64,000 bases of DNA, from the NCBI GenBank assembly GCA_946555455.1, contig CAMNSU010000001.1, positions 112,690 to 176,689 on the forward strand, given 5' to 3'. A model generated the notes under the pieces. That model had not been told where the DNA came from. It saw nothing but the letters and a program-made list of their open reading frames with translations, and ran no database searches. Within the stretch, counting starts at the first letter, position 1, and every line of letters begins with the position of its first letter. Origin of the DNA: an uncultured Clostridia bacterium. GTDB lineage: Bacteria > Bacillota > Clostridia > RUG12999. The position numbers were made by a program, and so were the translations under genes. Below are positions 52,011-62,254 of the stretch, piece by piece.

Positions 52011-54674
52011 TCAGCGGACAATGACGCAAGCTTTCACGTCGTCATTCGGCATGATGATAAACAGCCGGTCTGCGCCGCTGCCGTCAGAACCTACCGGAAT
52101 CGCTTCCCGCAGCGCCGCCGGACGGATTTCCTTCGTTGCTTCTTCATAGAGGAAGGTTGGCGGAGTATTACGCTGCGCAATGCCAATCGCTTCACTGCTG
52201 CCGTCCAAATCAATGGTCGCTTTTATCACCAATATGTTTTTCATCACGTCAATTTCGTCAAAATCAAGACTCTGTAAATATCCGCTGATTTGTTCGTTAT
52301 CCGTTCCCTGATACCGGTAGAAAGTGCCGACGCCTTCGCCAAAGGAATAAATCTTTCTCACATTTTCAATTTTGTCCTGACCGTTTTTCACAAAATAAAT
52401 CAAGTCGCCTTTTTTCAAATCGGTGATGGCGCGGTTTTTGTCAATGATGTTGACCGTTTCATAGGTTTTTTCGCCGCTTTCTTCCACAATGGTCACTTTA
52501 TATTTTGTTTCCATGCTTTCGTCCGCATATTTGCGCAAATCTTTCACCATACCCAGTTTTGCCTTGTTGATGTCAACGTTGGACGCTTGGTTTGCATCCA
52601 TGGCTTCCGTCACCACCAGCAATTTCACTTTTTTGGTTATCGGGTCATATTCATAGCCCTGCGCATTAAATCGCCGTGAGCTGTCCGTGTTGTCGATACG
52701 CACCTGCACCATGTAATCCTCATCATTGTTCACCGTTTCCGGCAGGCAGATTACTTTCGTGTTTGCGTCAATGGCGAAACTCTGAATATTGGTGATACCG
52801 CCGAACACTTTATCGCGCACGTCATATTTGATTTTCTGTCCTATCTCGCCGCCGCGCAGCTCAGCCGATTCAATGGAACGGACTTTACCGTCCGCGCCCA
52901 AGGTATATTTCACTGCCAGTCCGCGGGTGGGGTCAATTTGCTGTGCCAAATTGCTTGCGCCAATGCTCCGCCCGTTAAACGAAACTTTGTCCGCCACGTC
53001 CAAGATTTCCACTTTTTCGTTTTCACACACCAAAACTTTGATTTCGTTTTTGTCGTCTTTATTTTGTTCGTTCTTTTCAATGTCTTCCTGAATCAGTTTT
53101 CCGGTTACCATTTTAATTTGCGTGTTTCCGAATCCGCCTTGCTGTCCAATCTGCGCAATGTAGCCATAGAGCATGGAAGAGGAAAGTTCCTTGGTCTGCG
53201 CCACTTCGCCGCGCCAATCCAGATATGCTGTGACGGAATCGCCGACTTTGACATCTGCTATCACCGCGTCGTCGGCTTCATAGAACGTCCCGCCAATCAC
53301 CATACCGTCCTCTGTGATTTCATCCACGGTTCCTTCCACCGTTTCGCGGCACACCACCAAGCTATACAGCGTTTTATATTCATCAACGGTGACGCTGATG
53401 ATGTCGTCCTTTTGAATATCTTTCACTTCCAGCGTTTTACCGTCTTTGTCTTTGATGTGATATTTCACGTCTTTGTTTTCTTTATCTACATTGATAAGAC
53501 GGCTGCCGTCCAATTCACTGCCCGGCATGAGATAAATCAAGTTTTCGCGCACTTCTTCTACCTGCACGTTTTGGTATTCGTCAATGAAAATCACGTCCGC
53601 CGCTTCGTCTCCGGAATTGTCAATCAAGGTGATGGAACCTTTTTCAAATTGCAGCGCGTTTTCCGTATAGATTTTAATGATCATGCCGTTTTTCACAATC
53701 ACCGGCTGCAGGGCAATGTCAAACCGTTCTTCCCGTTCATTTTCGCCATAATATTTTATCTGAGACATTGTGGTGCTTTTGATGTCATCCTCCCGTAGCG
53801 TGACAATGTGGTTGTTGCGCGTCGGTTTCACGCTCACCAGCGTATAGCGGTCGTCTTCGCCGCGCACGGCATAGAAATCCACTTCCTGTCCCAGCAGCGC
53901 CGCCGCATTTGTCCCGCCTACGCGGTAGATGATGCCGTCAATCATCACTTCGTTGTCTTTCATGTTTTGCACCGGCACGTCCAGCCAAGTATCCGCATTG
54001 GCGGATACGATACCTTTTGCTTTATAGGTTGTTTCATCACTGTTTTCTTTCATGTGGCGTCCGCGAATGGTTTCCCCTTTCGCCACTTCGTAAATCATCT
54101 GTCCGTCCTGTACAGACTGCACCATCAAATCCATATCCAGCGCATTATACAGCAGTTCCACCAAGTCGCCGCGGGTAAAACCGTTTTCCTGTGAAATATT
54201 TTTCAGCAGTCCGTTTTCCGCCGCAACCAGCATGTGCCCTGTCGGGTATCCGCCGCGTCCGTTTGCCACTGCGCCATATCCCAGCGACACCACTACGGTT
54301 TTCACTGCTTCTTCCAAGCTGATAGCATTGTCCGGTCCGAAGGTGCCGTCGCCATAGCCGTTCATCAAATCCATCTGCACGCCAAACGATACTGCGCGTG
54401 CATACCATGCGTCTGCGGGAACGTCTGTGAAATGTTTCTGCACATCCGCAATCTTCGCCGCTTCGTCATATTGCAAAAACTTCAGCAGCGCTTCCATAAA
54501 TTCCGCGCGCGTCAGCGGCGCATCCAATTTATAATCTCCGTTTTCATCTCCCTGAATAATGCCCAGCGAGGTGACGTCAAACAATGCTTTTTCTGTCGCT
54601 GCCTGTGCGAATCCTCCTACGCCGAGCAACATGCAAGCGGTCAGCGTCATCACAATCCATTTGATATGTTTCAT
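52011..54674 (-). CDS. S-layer protein paralog with N-terminal SLH domains
   Basis: Signal peptide; LTRAEF, FTDVPADAWY, FTRGDL; colinear similarity to 7879..10905 over its full length. Confidence 0.82.
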   Translation of the reverse strand: MKHIKWIVMTLTACMLLGVGGFAQAATEKALFDVTSLGIIQGDENGDYKLDAPLTRAEFMEALLKFLQYDEAAKIADVQKHFTDVPADAWYARAVSFGVQMDLMNGYGDGTFGPDNAISLEEAVKTVVVSLGYGAVANGRGGYPTGHMLVAAENGLLKNISQENGFTRGDLVELLYNALDMDLMVQSVQDGQMIYEVAKGETIRGRHMKENSDETTYKAKGIVSANADTWLDVPVQNMKDNEVMIDGIIYRVGGTNAAALLGQEVDFYAVRGEDDRYTLVSVKPTRNNHIVTLREDDIKSTTMSQIKYYGENEREERFDIALQPVIVKNGMIIKIYTENALQFEKGSITLIDNSGDEAADVIFIDEYQNVQVEEVRENLIYLMPGSELDGSRLINVDKENKDVKYHIKDKDGKTLEVKDIQKDDIISVTVDEYKTLYSLVVCRETVEGTVDEITEDGMVIGGTFYEADDAVIADVKVGDSVTAYLDWRGEVAQTKELSSSMLYGYIAQIGQQGGFGNTQIKMVTGKLIQEDIEKNEQNKDDKNEIKVLVCENEKVEILDVADKVSFNGRSIGASNLAQQIDPTRGLAVKYTLGADGKVRSIESAELRGGEIGQKIKYDVRDKVFGGITNIQSFAIDANTKVICLPETVNNDEDYMVQVRIDNTDSSRRFNAQGYEYDPITKKVKLLVVTEAMDANQASNVDINKAKLGMVKDLRKYADESMETKYKVTIVEESGEKTYETVNIIDKNRAITDLKKGDLIYFVKNGQDKIENVRKIYSFGEGVGTFYRYQGTDNEQISGYLQSLDFDEIDVMKNILVIKATIDLDGSSEAIGIAQRNTPPTFLYEEATKEIRPAALREAIPVGSDGSGADRLFIIMPNDDVKACVIVR

Positions 54675-54704
54675 AGTTTTAACCCTACCTTTCTCTCCCT
54701 TTTA

Positions 54705-57700
54705 TTACAGTATTGCCATCAAGCGGTAGAGTACCACCGCCGCCTGTTCCCGCAGCAATCCTGTCTGCGGCAAAAACTCTCCTGTTTCATACCCTTGTAT
54801 GAGTCCTAATTTCACCGCCTGCGCAACCGTTTCACGCGCCCAGCCGGAAATTGTCTCTTCGTCTGTAAACGCTGCACTTTCCTCTGTCTCCGGCAGTGTT
54901 TTTCCACGGTAGGCATAGGCTTTCACCACAATTTTTGCCATTTCTTCCCGCGTGATGAAGTCGTTGGGTCGGAGCAGCCCATCGCTGCCTTCCATCAGTC
55001 CCGCGTCCGCCGCCGCCAAAACAACGCCGGCATACCATGCGTCCGCCGGAACATCACCGAAGGTCGGACGATAGTCCGCCGCACTCAGTTGCAGCACCCG
55101 CGAAAGCATCGCGGCAAATTCGGCGCGCGTCACGCCGTCCGCCAGCCGCAGGGAAATACCGTCACCTTGTAAAATACCGCGGTCTACCATTTCTCCCAGT
55201 TCCGCCTGCGCCCAATGTCCGCTTAGTTCCGCTTTCATGTCCGGCGTGGGCAGCGGCACCGGTTTCACGTTGGTATCGCTAACGATAGGCACCTGCATAC
55301 CGATTCCACCTGTTCCGCCGGAGGAACCTCCGCCGCGGTTTCCACCGCCGCCGCTGCTGCCGCCCGTTCCGCCCGGTGTTCCGGTGCTGCCGCCGCCTGT
55401 TCCTTCAACGCCAACCGTATAGGCTCTCATGTCACTTGCCTGTTGATACTGTGCATCAACGCGCAAATTGATGACTTTTGTCTGTGCGCCGTATGTTGGT
55501 TTCAATATATATACATCGCCCTGCCGTTCCAGTTTCATTAAATCTGTGTTGCTGCTCGTCCAGGTGAGTTCTGAACCAAAGATACCGATTGCCGGCAACA
55601 CGTCCATGTCTATGAATGCCTGCATATACATTCCAATCACCGCTAAGTCTCCCTCCAGCACCTGTGCTGCTGTCGGTGCATAGCTTCCTGTGATTTCGGC
55701 AAACCCTGTGCTGCCTTTTTCAAATGCCTCTATCTTGATTTTAAGCTGTGTTGTCTCGCGCAAAGCGCAGGGCACCGTCAATTCTTCTCCGATTTCCGTA
55801 CCTTGTGCAATCTGTTCATAATCGCCGAGCTTGTTTTTCGCTTCTATGCTGAATTTCGTAATTTTTCCGGTGCTTTTCGGCGCTTCAAACAGCGTCAAAT
55901 GCGATACCACCGTTTCCTGCGGAAAATCAATGGTGATTTCATAGGGTTTTGTGCTTCTGGTAAGGTACGCGGTATCGATATCCTCATCCAGCAGGTTTTC
56001 TATTCCGCCGCCGGATACGCTTTTTCCGGTTGTTTCCACCGCCGCGCCCGTCAATAAGTTACCGCCGCCAAACATAATGCGGAAGGATTTTTCAAACACT
56101 TCACTGCCAAACGCCGCTGTCACGGTTAATGTTGTAATGCCGGACTGCGTCGTGTCTATCGCGCCCGTTTCGGGATCTACCCCCGCTTCGTTGCTGCTCT
56201 GCCACTGTGCCGGCGCGGCAAGCAAGGTCTTTGGCAGTGCAAGGTCTTTGGAGACGCACATGGGTTTTTCATCGGACAGTTTCGTAAAATCAAACTGTTC
56301 GTTTAACAATCCCACTGCAAGTTTGGGACTCATACGCACCTGCGCACTGTGGACGCTCAAACTGCCGCTATCTCCCGCCGCCCATATTTTGTCCAGCGCG
56401 GAAATGGTATTCATGCCTTTGACGTTATGTACTGCGGTTTTCCAGCCTGTTCCCTCATCTACCAGCGCATCCATTGTACCTGTCACGCGGTTGATTTCAA
56501 ACCGGAATTTCACATGCGCTCCCTGCGCAGGATAATTGCCTTCTTTGCGCCACAGCCGCATGGGCGAACCATATGCTATACTATAGGTATTTCCTGTGAA
56601 CTGAATCTGCGCAAACGGCGCATTTTCTTGTCCGAGGGATACCACCATGTTCTGCGCATTTTGTGCGGATACGTCCAGCTCTGCCGCCAAAGGCGCGTTC
56701 AAATCAAATCCGCTCTGTTGTTTCAAATCCGCTGTCCAAGGCTCTGTCTCTACCGTGACAGGCTCCTGCAACACTTCTAAAACCGGAATGTCATCTGCTG
56801 CCGCTTTGACCGTCACGGTGAAAGAAATTTCCACCGGCGGCACCTCTGCCATGCCCTGAATCGCCGCCCGCGCTGTAATCGTCACCGGCGTATCCTCCGC
56901 CTGCCGCGTCACTTCGCCGGTCTGCACATTTATCACATCAGGTTTGTCGCTTTCCCACGTCACATCTGCCGTCAAGTTTCCCGCTGTCGCGCTATCCGGC
57001 AGCGGCATATTCAAATTTCCGGTGATGGCATCGGTCGGTTGGTCTGTGAGCGCGGAGGCATTCACAAAATCCGCAAACTGATAATATTGCAAATAATCTC
57101 CCGCCGCGTTTGTACAATAGATTTCCAGTTCCCAAATGGTGGGGTGGTCGGTATATGTATAGACCTCCAGTTTGACATAGCGCACACAAGCCACAGGAAA
57201 CTCCAGCGTTGTGTTTTTATTGCCTCCCGAAAGCGTTCCGCTTTTCAGTTCATTCCAGTTTTCGCCGTCCACGGAACCCATGATTTTATAATCCTGAATA
57301 CGTGCCGACATTTCATATAGTTTCATTTGGTTAATGGGTTTCACCGCGCCAAGGTCAACGCGAACCCAACGGCAATCCAAATCCGGCGCGCCGTCCGAGG
57401 AAAAGGACGCCCAGCGGGTATCCATTTTGCCGTCCACTATTTTGGATACGTCATAGGTTGCGGAGTGTTCGCTGCTCGCTGTCACCGGACGTTTCAGCGC
57501 CAAATTATCCGTTGTTGTCATGGCTGCTTCCGTTCCGCCCGATACGGTGATTTCGTAAAAAGTGGGTTCCGCACTCCATTCCAATATATTGAACCGCACA
57601 TATCTCGCATCTACTTTTGAAAACGTAATCTCCTTATTCGTGCCCATGCTGTCGCCTTCCGCCGCAGTCGTCCAAACCAAATTGTCCGTCGATACTTCTA

Positions 57701-57995
57701 CGGAATATTTCAGCACGCGCGACTGATATTGTTGGAAGGTCATCTTGTTAATGGCTCGCGTTTGTTCCAAGTCCACTTGAATCCAATATTCCGTCTCGCC
57801 TGCTTTGGACGCCCAACGGGTGGAGGCATCGCCGTCAAACGCTGCGCCCGCACTCCATTTTGCATCGTTCCCATAGATGCTGTTTGTCGTCGCCGGTTTT
57901 CCCAGCGCATAGTTTTCCTCCGCCGCTGCCGCCGGCAGGAAAAACATTCCTGACAAAAGCGCTATGCATAAAATGAATCCAATCCCTTTTTTCAT
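54705..57995 (-). CDS. Non-catalytic surface protein: F5/8 (CBM32-like) domains, Ig-like modules, C-terminal SLH
   Basis: NYALGKP..AFDGDASTRWAS..WIQVDL; NLALKRPVTASS..DGKMDTRWAS; Gly-rich linker; VTRAEF, ITREEMA, LLREQA. Confidence 0.82.
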   Translation of the reverse strand: MKKGIGFILCIALLSGMFFLPAAAAEENYALGKPATTNSIYGNDAKWSAGAAFDGDASTRWASKAGETEYWIQVDLEQTRAINKMTFQQYQSRVLKYSVEVSTDNLVWTTAAEGDSMGTNKEITFSKVDARYVRFNILEWSAEPTFYEITVSGGTEAAMTTTDNLALKRPVTASSEHSATYDVSKIVDGKMDTRWASFSSDGAPDLDCRWVRVDLGAVKPINQMKLYEMSARIQDYKIMGSVDGENWNELKSGTLSGGNKNTTLEFPVACVRYVKLEVYTYTDHPTIWELEIYCTNAAGDYLQYYQFADFVNASALTDQPTDAITGNLNMPLPDSATAGNLTADVTWESDKPDVINVQTGEVTRQAEDTPVTITARAAIQGMAEVPPVEISFTVTVKAAADDIPVLEVLQEPVTVETEPWTADLKQQSGFDLNAPLAAELDVSAQNAQNMVVSLGQENAPFAQIQFTGNTYSIAYGSPMRLWRKEGNYPAQGAHVKFRFEINRVTGTMDALVDEGTGWKTAVHNVKGMNTISALDKIWAAGDSGSLSVHSAQVRMSPKLAVGLLNEQFDFTKLSDEKPMCVSKDLALPKTLLAAPAQWQSSNEAGVDPETGAIDTTQSGITTLTVTAAFGSEVFEKSFRIMFGGGNLLTGAAVETTGKSVSGGGIENLLDEDIDTAYLTRSTKPYEITIDFPQETVVSHLTLFEAPKSTGKITKFSIEAKNKLGDYEQIAQGTEIGEELTVPCALRETTQLKIKIEAFEKGSTGFAEITGSYAPTAAQVLEGDLAVIGMYMQAFIDMDVLPAIGIFGSELTWTSSNTDLMKLERQGDVYILKPTYGAQTKVINLRVDAQYQQASDMRAYTVGVEGTGGGSTGTPGGTGGSSGGGGNRGGGSSGGTGGIGMQVPIVSDTNVKPVPLPTPDMKAELSGHWAQAELGEMVDRGILQGDGISLRLADGVTRAEFAAMLSRVLQLSAADYRPTFGDVPADAWYAGVVLAAADAGLMEGSDGLLRPNDFITREEMAKIVVKAYAYRGKTLPETEESAAFTDEETISGWARETVAQAVKLGLIQGYETGEFLPQTGLLREQAAVVLYRLMAIL

Positions 57996-58035
57996 GTTCT
58001 GTTTCCCTCGCTTTCGGTTCGTTTCTTTTTTTTGC

Positions 58036-59634
58036 CTATTTCGCTTTATCTAACATATTCTGATAGATTTCTATATACCTTGCAAGCCCCAATTCATTCA
58101 GCCGTTCCACATAGGCGTTCCAATCTGTTTCCAGCGATTTTTCTCCGCTGACAAACGCCGCCATGGAGCGTTTCACTTCACTGTCGATTTGCAGTCTGAG
58201 CTGCGTAAACTCATTATATTGATCTGGTTCAAAAAAGGAATCCCGAACGCAATGGTCTATGCCATATGGTTCATAAAGTTCCTTGGTGACTTGATACATC
58301 GTCTGTTCCGTTTGTTCTCCCGTCGGTTCCACGATAATACCCAACCGGATTTTTTCATCCATATAATAAACGCCGATATTCATCCAGCATTTGTTTTGCA
58401 TCACGCCAAACGGCTGCAGCCGCGCCCAAATTGCCTGACCGCCGTCCAGCCCTATTTCGCCTTCTTTGGCATCTCGCCAGCCCACGCCTTCAAATCCGTT
58501 TTGTACCGTGAGCGTTCCTTCTTTGGAATAAAACCAGTCCAGCCACCGTATGGCGATTTCCGGCGTTTTACATGCTTTCGTGATGTTAGCAGACCATTCC
58601 ACCCGTCCATTGTTATACATTGGCGTCTGCCGCAAACCCGATGGTCCCATGAGCGGCGGAATTGCCGCATAGTCCTGATAACGGTTGCTGCCGCCCTCCA
58701 CGTCCGTGAAAATGCCGTACCACAAGGCAGGTACTGCGCCGACCGTTGCCGTTTCGCCCTCTTCTACCATGTTTTTCAGTCGTTTCCTGTCCATAATCGG
58801 GCTGTCTCTGTGCAGCAGCCCCTCGCTGTATAAACGGTTCAAATACCGCAGTCCCTCACGATAAGCAGGCTGATTTGCCGTAAAGATTGCGGTTCCGTTT
58901 TCCTGCATGACTTTGGAACCGTCATAATATAGAAACGCATTCATCAAAAATTCTTCATAACCGTTGGGTCCGACTTCACTCGTTGCCGCCATGGGAATTT
59001 CATCTTTCACGCCGTTTCCGTTGGGGTCGCCGTCCCGAAACGCAACCAACATCCGGTAGAATTCTTCCGTGGTCTGCGGCACGCTTAATCCCAGCTGTTC
59101 CAGCCACTGCCGGTTGACCCACATTTTGCTCGGATAGCGCGTATGATATACGTTATTGACTCTGGGCAATCCAAAAATTTCTCCGTCCGGCGTGGTAATA
59201 CCTTTGCGGATATCCTCTTGTTCCTGCAAAATTTGTTTCAGGTAAACGGAATGTTCTTCAATCAAGTCTTTCAAGTCCAGCAAAACGCCCTGTTTCCCGT
59301 AGACCGTTTGTTCCAATTTGCTGATACCGCTGTCCATCACGATATCAGGATAATCTCCCGACGCAAACATCAGGTTAATCGCCTGCGCTTGGTTGCCGCC
59401 CGCAATCTGCCAATCAATATGTACGCCCGTTTGCTGTTCATACCAAAGTGTGAATTCATTGGTGGACAAATCCTCTATATATTGCGGTTTTGGCAAATAC
59501 ACACTCATTGTCACCGGCTCTTTTGTGACAGGCGCCGGCGGCTGTCCGCCCGTTTCCTGTCCCGCTCCGGTGCAGGCAGTCAGCAGCCCTGCCATTGCCA
59601 CAGCAGCGGCAAGCCATTTTCCTCTTCTTTTCAT
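58036..59634 (-). CDS. Extracellular carbohydrate solute-binding lipoprotein
   Basis: Start MKRRG, lipobox LTAC, LMFASGDYPDI, WVNRQWLEQLGLSVPQTTEE, DPNGNGVKDEIP. Confidence 0.88.
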   Translation of the reverse strand: MKRRGKWLAAAVAMAGLLTACTGAGQETGGQPPAPVTKEPVTMSVYLPKPQYIEDLSTNEFTLWYEQQTGVHIDWQIAGGNQAQAINLMFASGDYPDIVMDSGISKLEQTVYGKQGVLLDLKDLIEEHSVYLKQILQEQEDIRKGITTPDGEIFGLPRVNNVYHTRYPSKMWVNRQWLEQLGLSVPQTTEEFYRMLVAFRDGDPNGNGVKDEIPMAATSEVGPNGYEEFLMNAFLYYDGSKVMQENGTAIFTANQPAYREGLRYLNRLYSEGLLHRDSPIMDRKRLKNMVEEGETATVGAVPALWYGIFTDVEGGSNRYQDYAAIPPLMGPSGLRQTPMYNNGRVEWSANITKACKTPEIAIRWLDWFYSKEGTLTVQNGFEGVGWRDAKEGEIGLDGGQAIWARLQPFGVMQNKCWMNIGVYYMDEKIRLGIIVEPTGEQTEQTMYQVTKELYEPYGIDHCVRDSFFEPDQYNEFTQLRLQIDSEVKRSMAAFVSGEKSLETDWNAYVERLNELGLARYIEIYQNMLDKAK

Positions 59635-59674
59635 GGTGTTCCCCTCCCGCTTTTCCGTTCTCTTCTTGTCTTTT

Positions 59675-59733
59675 ATTTTACTACATTCCCATACACCATA
59701 CAAGAAACAACTCTTTCCAAAACCGTACAAATC
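59675..59733 (-). promoter_or_regulatory. Promoter of the SBP-SLH operon with candidate AraC operator
   Basis: TTGTAT-17-TAAAAT; TTGTTTCTTG overlapping -35. Confidence 0.55.
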
Positions 59734-59830
59734 TTCATTTTTTCCGATATGCAAAAAAAGACCTGTTATGCTCAAAATCCGCACTCATAGGCATTTTAAG
59801 CACTTCAGGTCTTTTATATGGCAAATCATT

Positions 59831-62128
59831 TTAGGCTTTTGGCGCGCCATGATATCCGCTTGGGCTAACGCCCATTTTTTTCTTAAACGCACGCCGGAAT
59901 GTCACGTCGTTGGCATATCCCACCATGGCGGAAATTTCTCCGATTTTGTGCGCGCCCTCCTCAATCAACCGGCACGCCTGTTTAATGCGGAGCCCTTCCA
60001 AATAGGTGGAAAAGTTTTCTCCTGTTTCTTCCTTGAAACAGGTGGAAAGATATTTTTCGTTCAAATTAAATTCAACGGAAAGCTCCGTGAGCGACAGTTT
60101 GCTGTCATTATAGTGCTCGGCAATGTATTGCCGTACCCGCTCCATCACCACGGCGCTTTTGCTTTTCTTTTGCTGCGCCGCAGCGCTGCACAACTGTTTC
60201 AGAATTCCACCCATTTGTTCAAACACATCTGTGATAGACCGACCGTCGTCCGGCGCCGGAATATCAATTGCCGCTTCCGCACTGCCGCCAAGGTGTAGCG
60301 CGTCCTGCACTTTGATAATGGTGGACGTGATTTCCTGCGTGAGCTGTTCCACCATATCCGCCGACAGCGTTCTGCTTAGGAAATTTTCATGATAAATCTC
60401 GTCCAGTGTCTGCACCACTTCTTCATAGTTGCCGACAATGGCATAGTTATACAGCCGCGTTTCCAGTGCGAGCGGATAATAGAACACATTGCCCTCCTGC
60501 GGCAAATCGTCGTACCACAAAACGCTTTTCCTATGACCAATCGCATTGTATTCCACAACTTCGCGCGCCTGCCGGAATCCGTCTGCAATTTCAGTGAGCC
60601 GCTGTGCCGGTCGTCCCGCGCCGAATATCATGGGGATATCATAGGGATAACTCAGCGCAGTTTCAATATGCGATACCACCGCCGCCACCTGTGTTTTCGC
60701 CGCCTCTCCCGTTTCGTCAAGGGACAGCAGCACCGCCACGCCACGCGCGCCCGCGTCACAGATATAACAATAGTTTTCAATAATACTGTATAAATTGTCT
60801 TTCACAAATTCTTTGCCGCTGCGCCCGCCAATCTGCATACGGTATTCCTTGCCCAATCGAATCAGCAAAACGACCTGACATGCGCCGCCCAGCGTCATGT
60901 TGTTCTTTTCCAGCGCTGCGCGGGCTGCCGGTTCTTCTTTATATTCTCCATGCAAAAGTCCGTCAATCACTTTGGACTCAATATATCCCCGCTGCTCCTC
61001 AATTTGACTGCGGAAGGATTCGTTGGCGGAAATCAAGTCGGATACGCCCTCCTGCAACAAGGAAAACTCTGTTTGTTTCAAATTTTTCAGCGAAAATTTC
61101 TCTGTCAGCTTTTTTCCAATAGACCCCGCCAGCCGGTGGAACTCTTTGCTGCGTTTATAGGTGATATAGATACATACCGCCATACCTGCCAGCACAGTCA
61201 ATGTATAAATCAACAGCAGCAGTGCGTTAATGAACCGCACTTTTTCCAGCACCACTGCTTTGGGCACCAGCAATACCACCTGCCAGCCATTGCCCACGCT
61301 GGTCTGTTTCATCAGATACATGCTTTTACCGTCCACTTTGTATTCCGATTGCAAGGATTCTCCCTCTAGCTGCTGCAAATGTTCCAAAATAAAATCCCGA
61401 TGTTTTTGGTCGGAGGAAAGCAGCAATTCGTTTTTGTTGTCCAAAATATACAGCGCGCCCTGATTGCCGCCCAGCAGACTGTCGAACAAACTCATCAGTT
61501 CGCGGCTGTCAATAATAACATTCACCTGTCCGCGCATCACGCCGGAAGCGAGCAGCGGCGCCGATTGCGTATAGGTAATGGCATTGCAATTTTTGTCATT
61601 CACCAACATTTGCTGCGCCGGCTGGTATCCGCGCCGCCAATCGCCGCTTCGCAGCGCTGCCGCCCATGTTTCTTCCGTCACGCGGTCAATCACCAGTCCA
61701 TTGCCATAATAGGTATCTGCGCCGCGGTAAATTCCTGCTTTGTCAATCACAACGTCCAGCGGCTGATGGTATAGATAAATATTTTTCACCCAATTTTCAT
61801 CAAACGAATAGGAATTCAGCAGCCGCTGAATGTCCATCAGCTTTGTCACATTACCCGCGTCCCGATAGAAAAAATCCGCCATTTCCGCGTTCATCAACAT
61901 GCTGTCCACAACTTCTTCAATTTGGCTGAGCTGGTTGTCAATCAACTCCATGTTGTTTTGCAGCACAATTTCATAGGACCCCAGCGTTTCCTCCTTATAT
62001 TGGCGGACAATTGCCTGATTTGCTAAAAATACCGTGATAATCGGAATTAACATCACACCAAGATAGGGAATGATAAAACGGACAAACACTTGCAGAAAAT
62101 CCCGCGGAACACTTGTTTTTTGACGCAT
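59831..62128 (-). CDS. Membrane-spanning AraC-family regulator (YesS-like)
   Basis: Two TM helices (FIIPYLGVMLIPII; LLLLIYTLTVLAGMAVCIYI); C-terminal YLSTCFKEETG..LRIKQAC..VGYANDVTFRRAFKK; promoter TTGACA-17-TATAAT at 62203-62175. Confidence 0.88.
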   Translation of the reverse strand: MRQKTSVPRDFLQVFVRFIIPYLGVMLIPIITVFLANQAIVRQYKEETLGSYEIVLQNNMELIDNQLSQIEEVVDSMLMNAEMADFFYRDAGNVTKLMDIQRLLNSYSFDENWVKNIYLYHQPLDVVIDKAGIYRGADTYYGNGLVIDRVTEETWAAALRSGDWRRGYQPAQQMLVNDKNCNAITYTQSAPLLASGVMRGQVNVIIDSRELMSLFDSLLGGNQGALYILDNKNELLLSSDQKHRDFILEHLQQLEGESLQSEYKVDGKSMYLMKQTSVGNGWQVVLLVPKAVVLEKVRFINALLLLIYTLTVLAGMAVCIYITYKRSKEFHRLAGSIGKKLTEKFSLKNLKQTEFSLLQEGVSDLISANESFRSQIEEQRGYIESKVIDGLLHGEYKEEPAARAALEKNNMTLGGACQVVLLIRLGKEYRMQIGGRSGKEFVKDNLYSIIENYCYICDAGARGVAVLLSLDETGEAAKTQVAAVVSHIETALSYPYDIPMIFGAGRPAQRLTEIADGFRQAREVVEYNAIGHRKSVLWYDDLPQEGNVFYYPLALETRLYNYAIVGNYEEVVQTLDEIYHENFLSRTLSADMVEQLTQEITSTIIKVQDALHLGGSAEAAIDIPAPDDGRSITDVFEQMGGILKQLCSAAAQQKKSKSAVVMERVRQYIAEHYNDSKLSLTELSVEFNLNEKYLSTCFKEETGENFSTYLEGLRIKQACRLIEEGAHKIGEISAMVGYANDVTFRRAFKKKMGVSPSGYHGAPKA

Positions 62129-62254
62129 TTTCTCTCCCCTCCCTGTTTTGGCATTTCTTTTTTCATCTATCTCTATTATACTGTCTTGTACTTTTCCTGT
62201 CAAACATTTTGTAAAAATAACTGTATTTACCTTTGTCAAGTGATGGTTTATCTG

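Noticed and set aside
46618-57995. Cellulosomal scaffoldin (cohesin/dockerin)
   Set aside because: The repeats are Ig-like and discoidin modules; no dockerin duplicated Ca-binding motif or cohesin pattern seen
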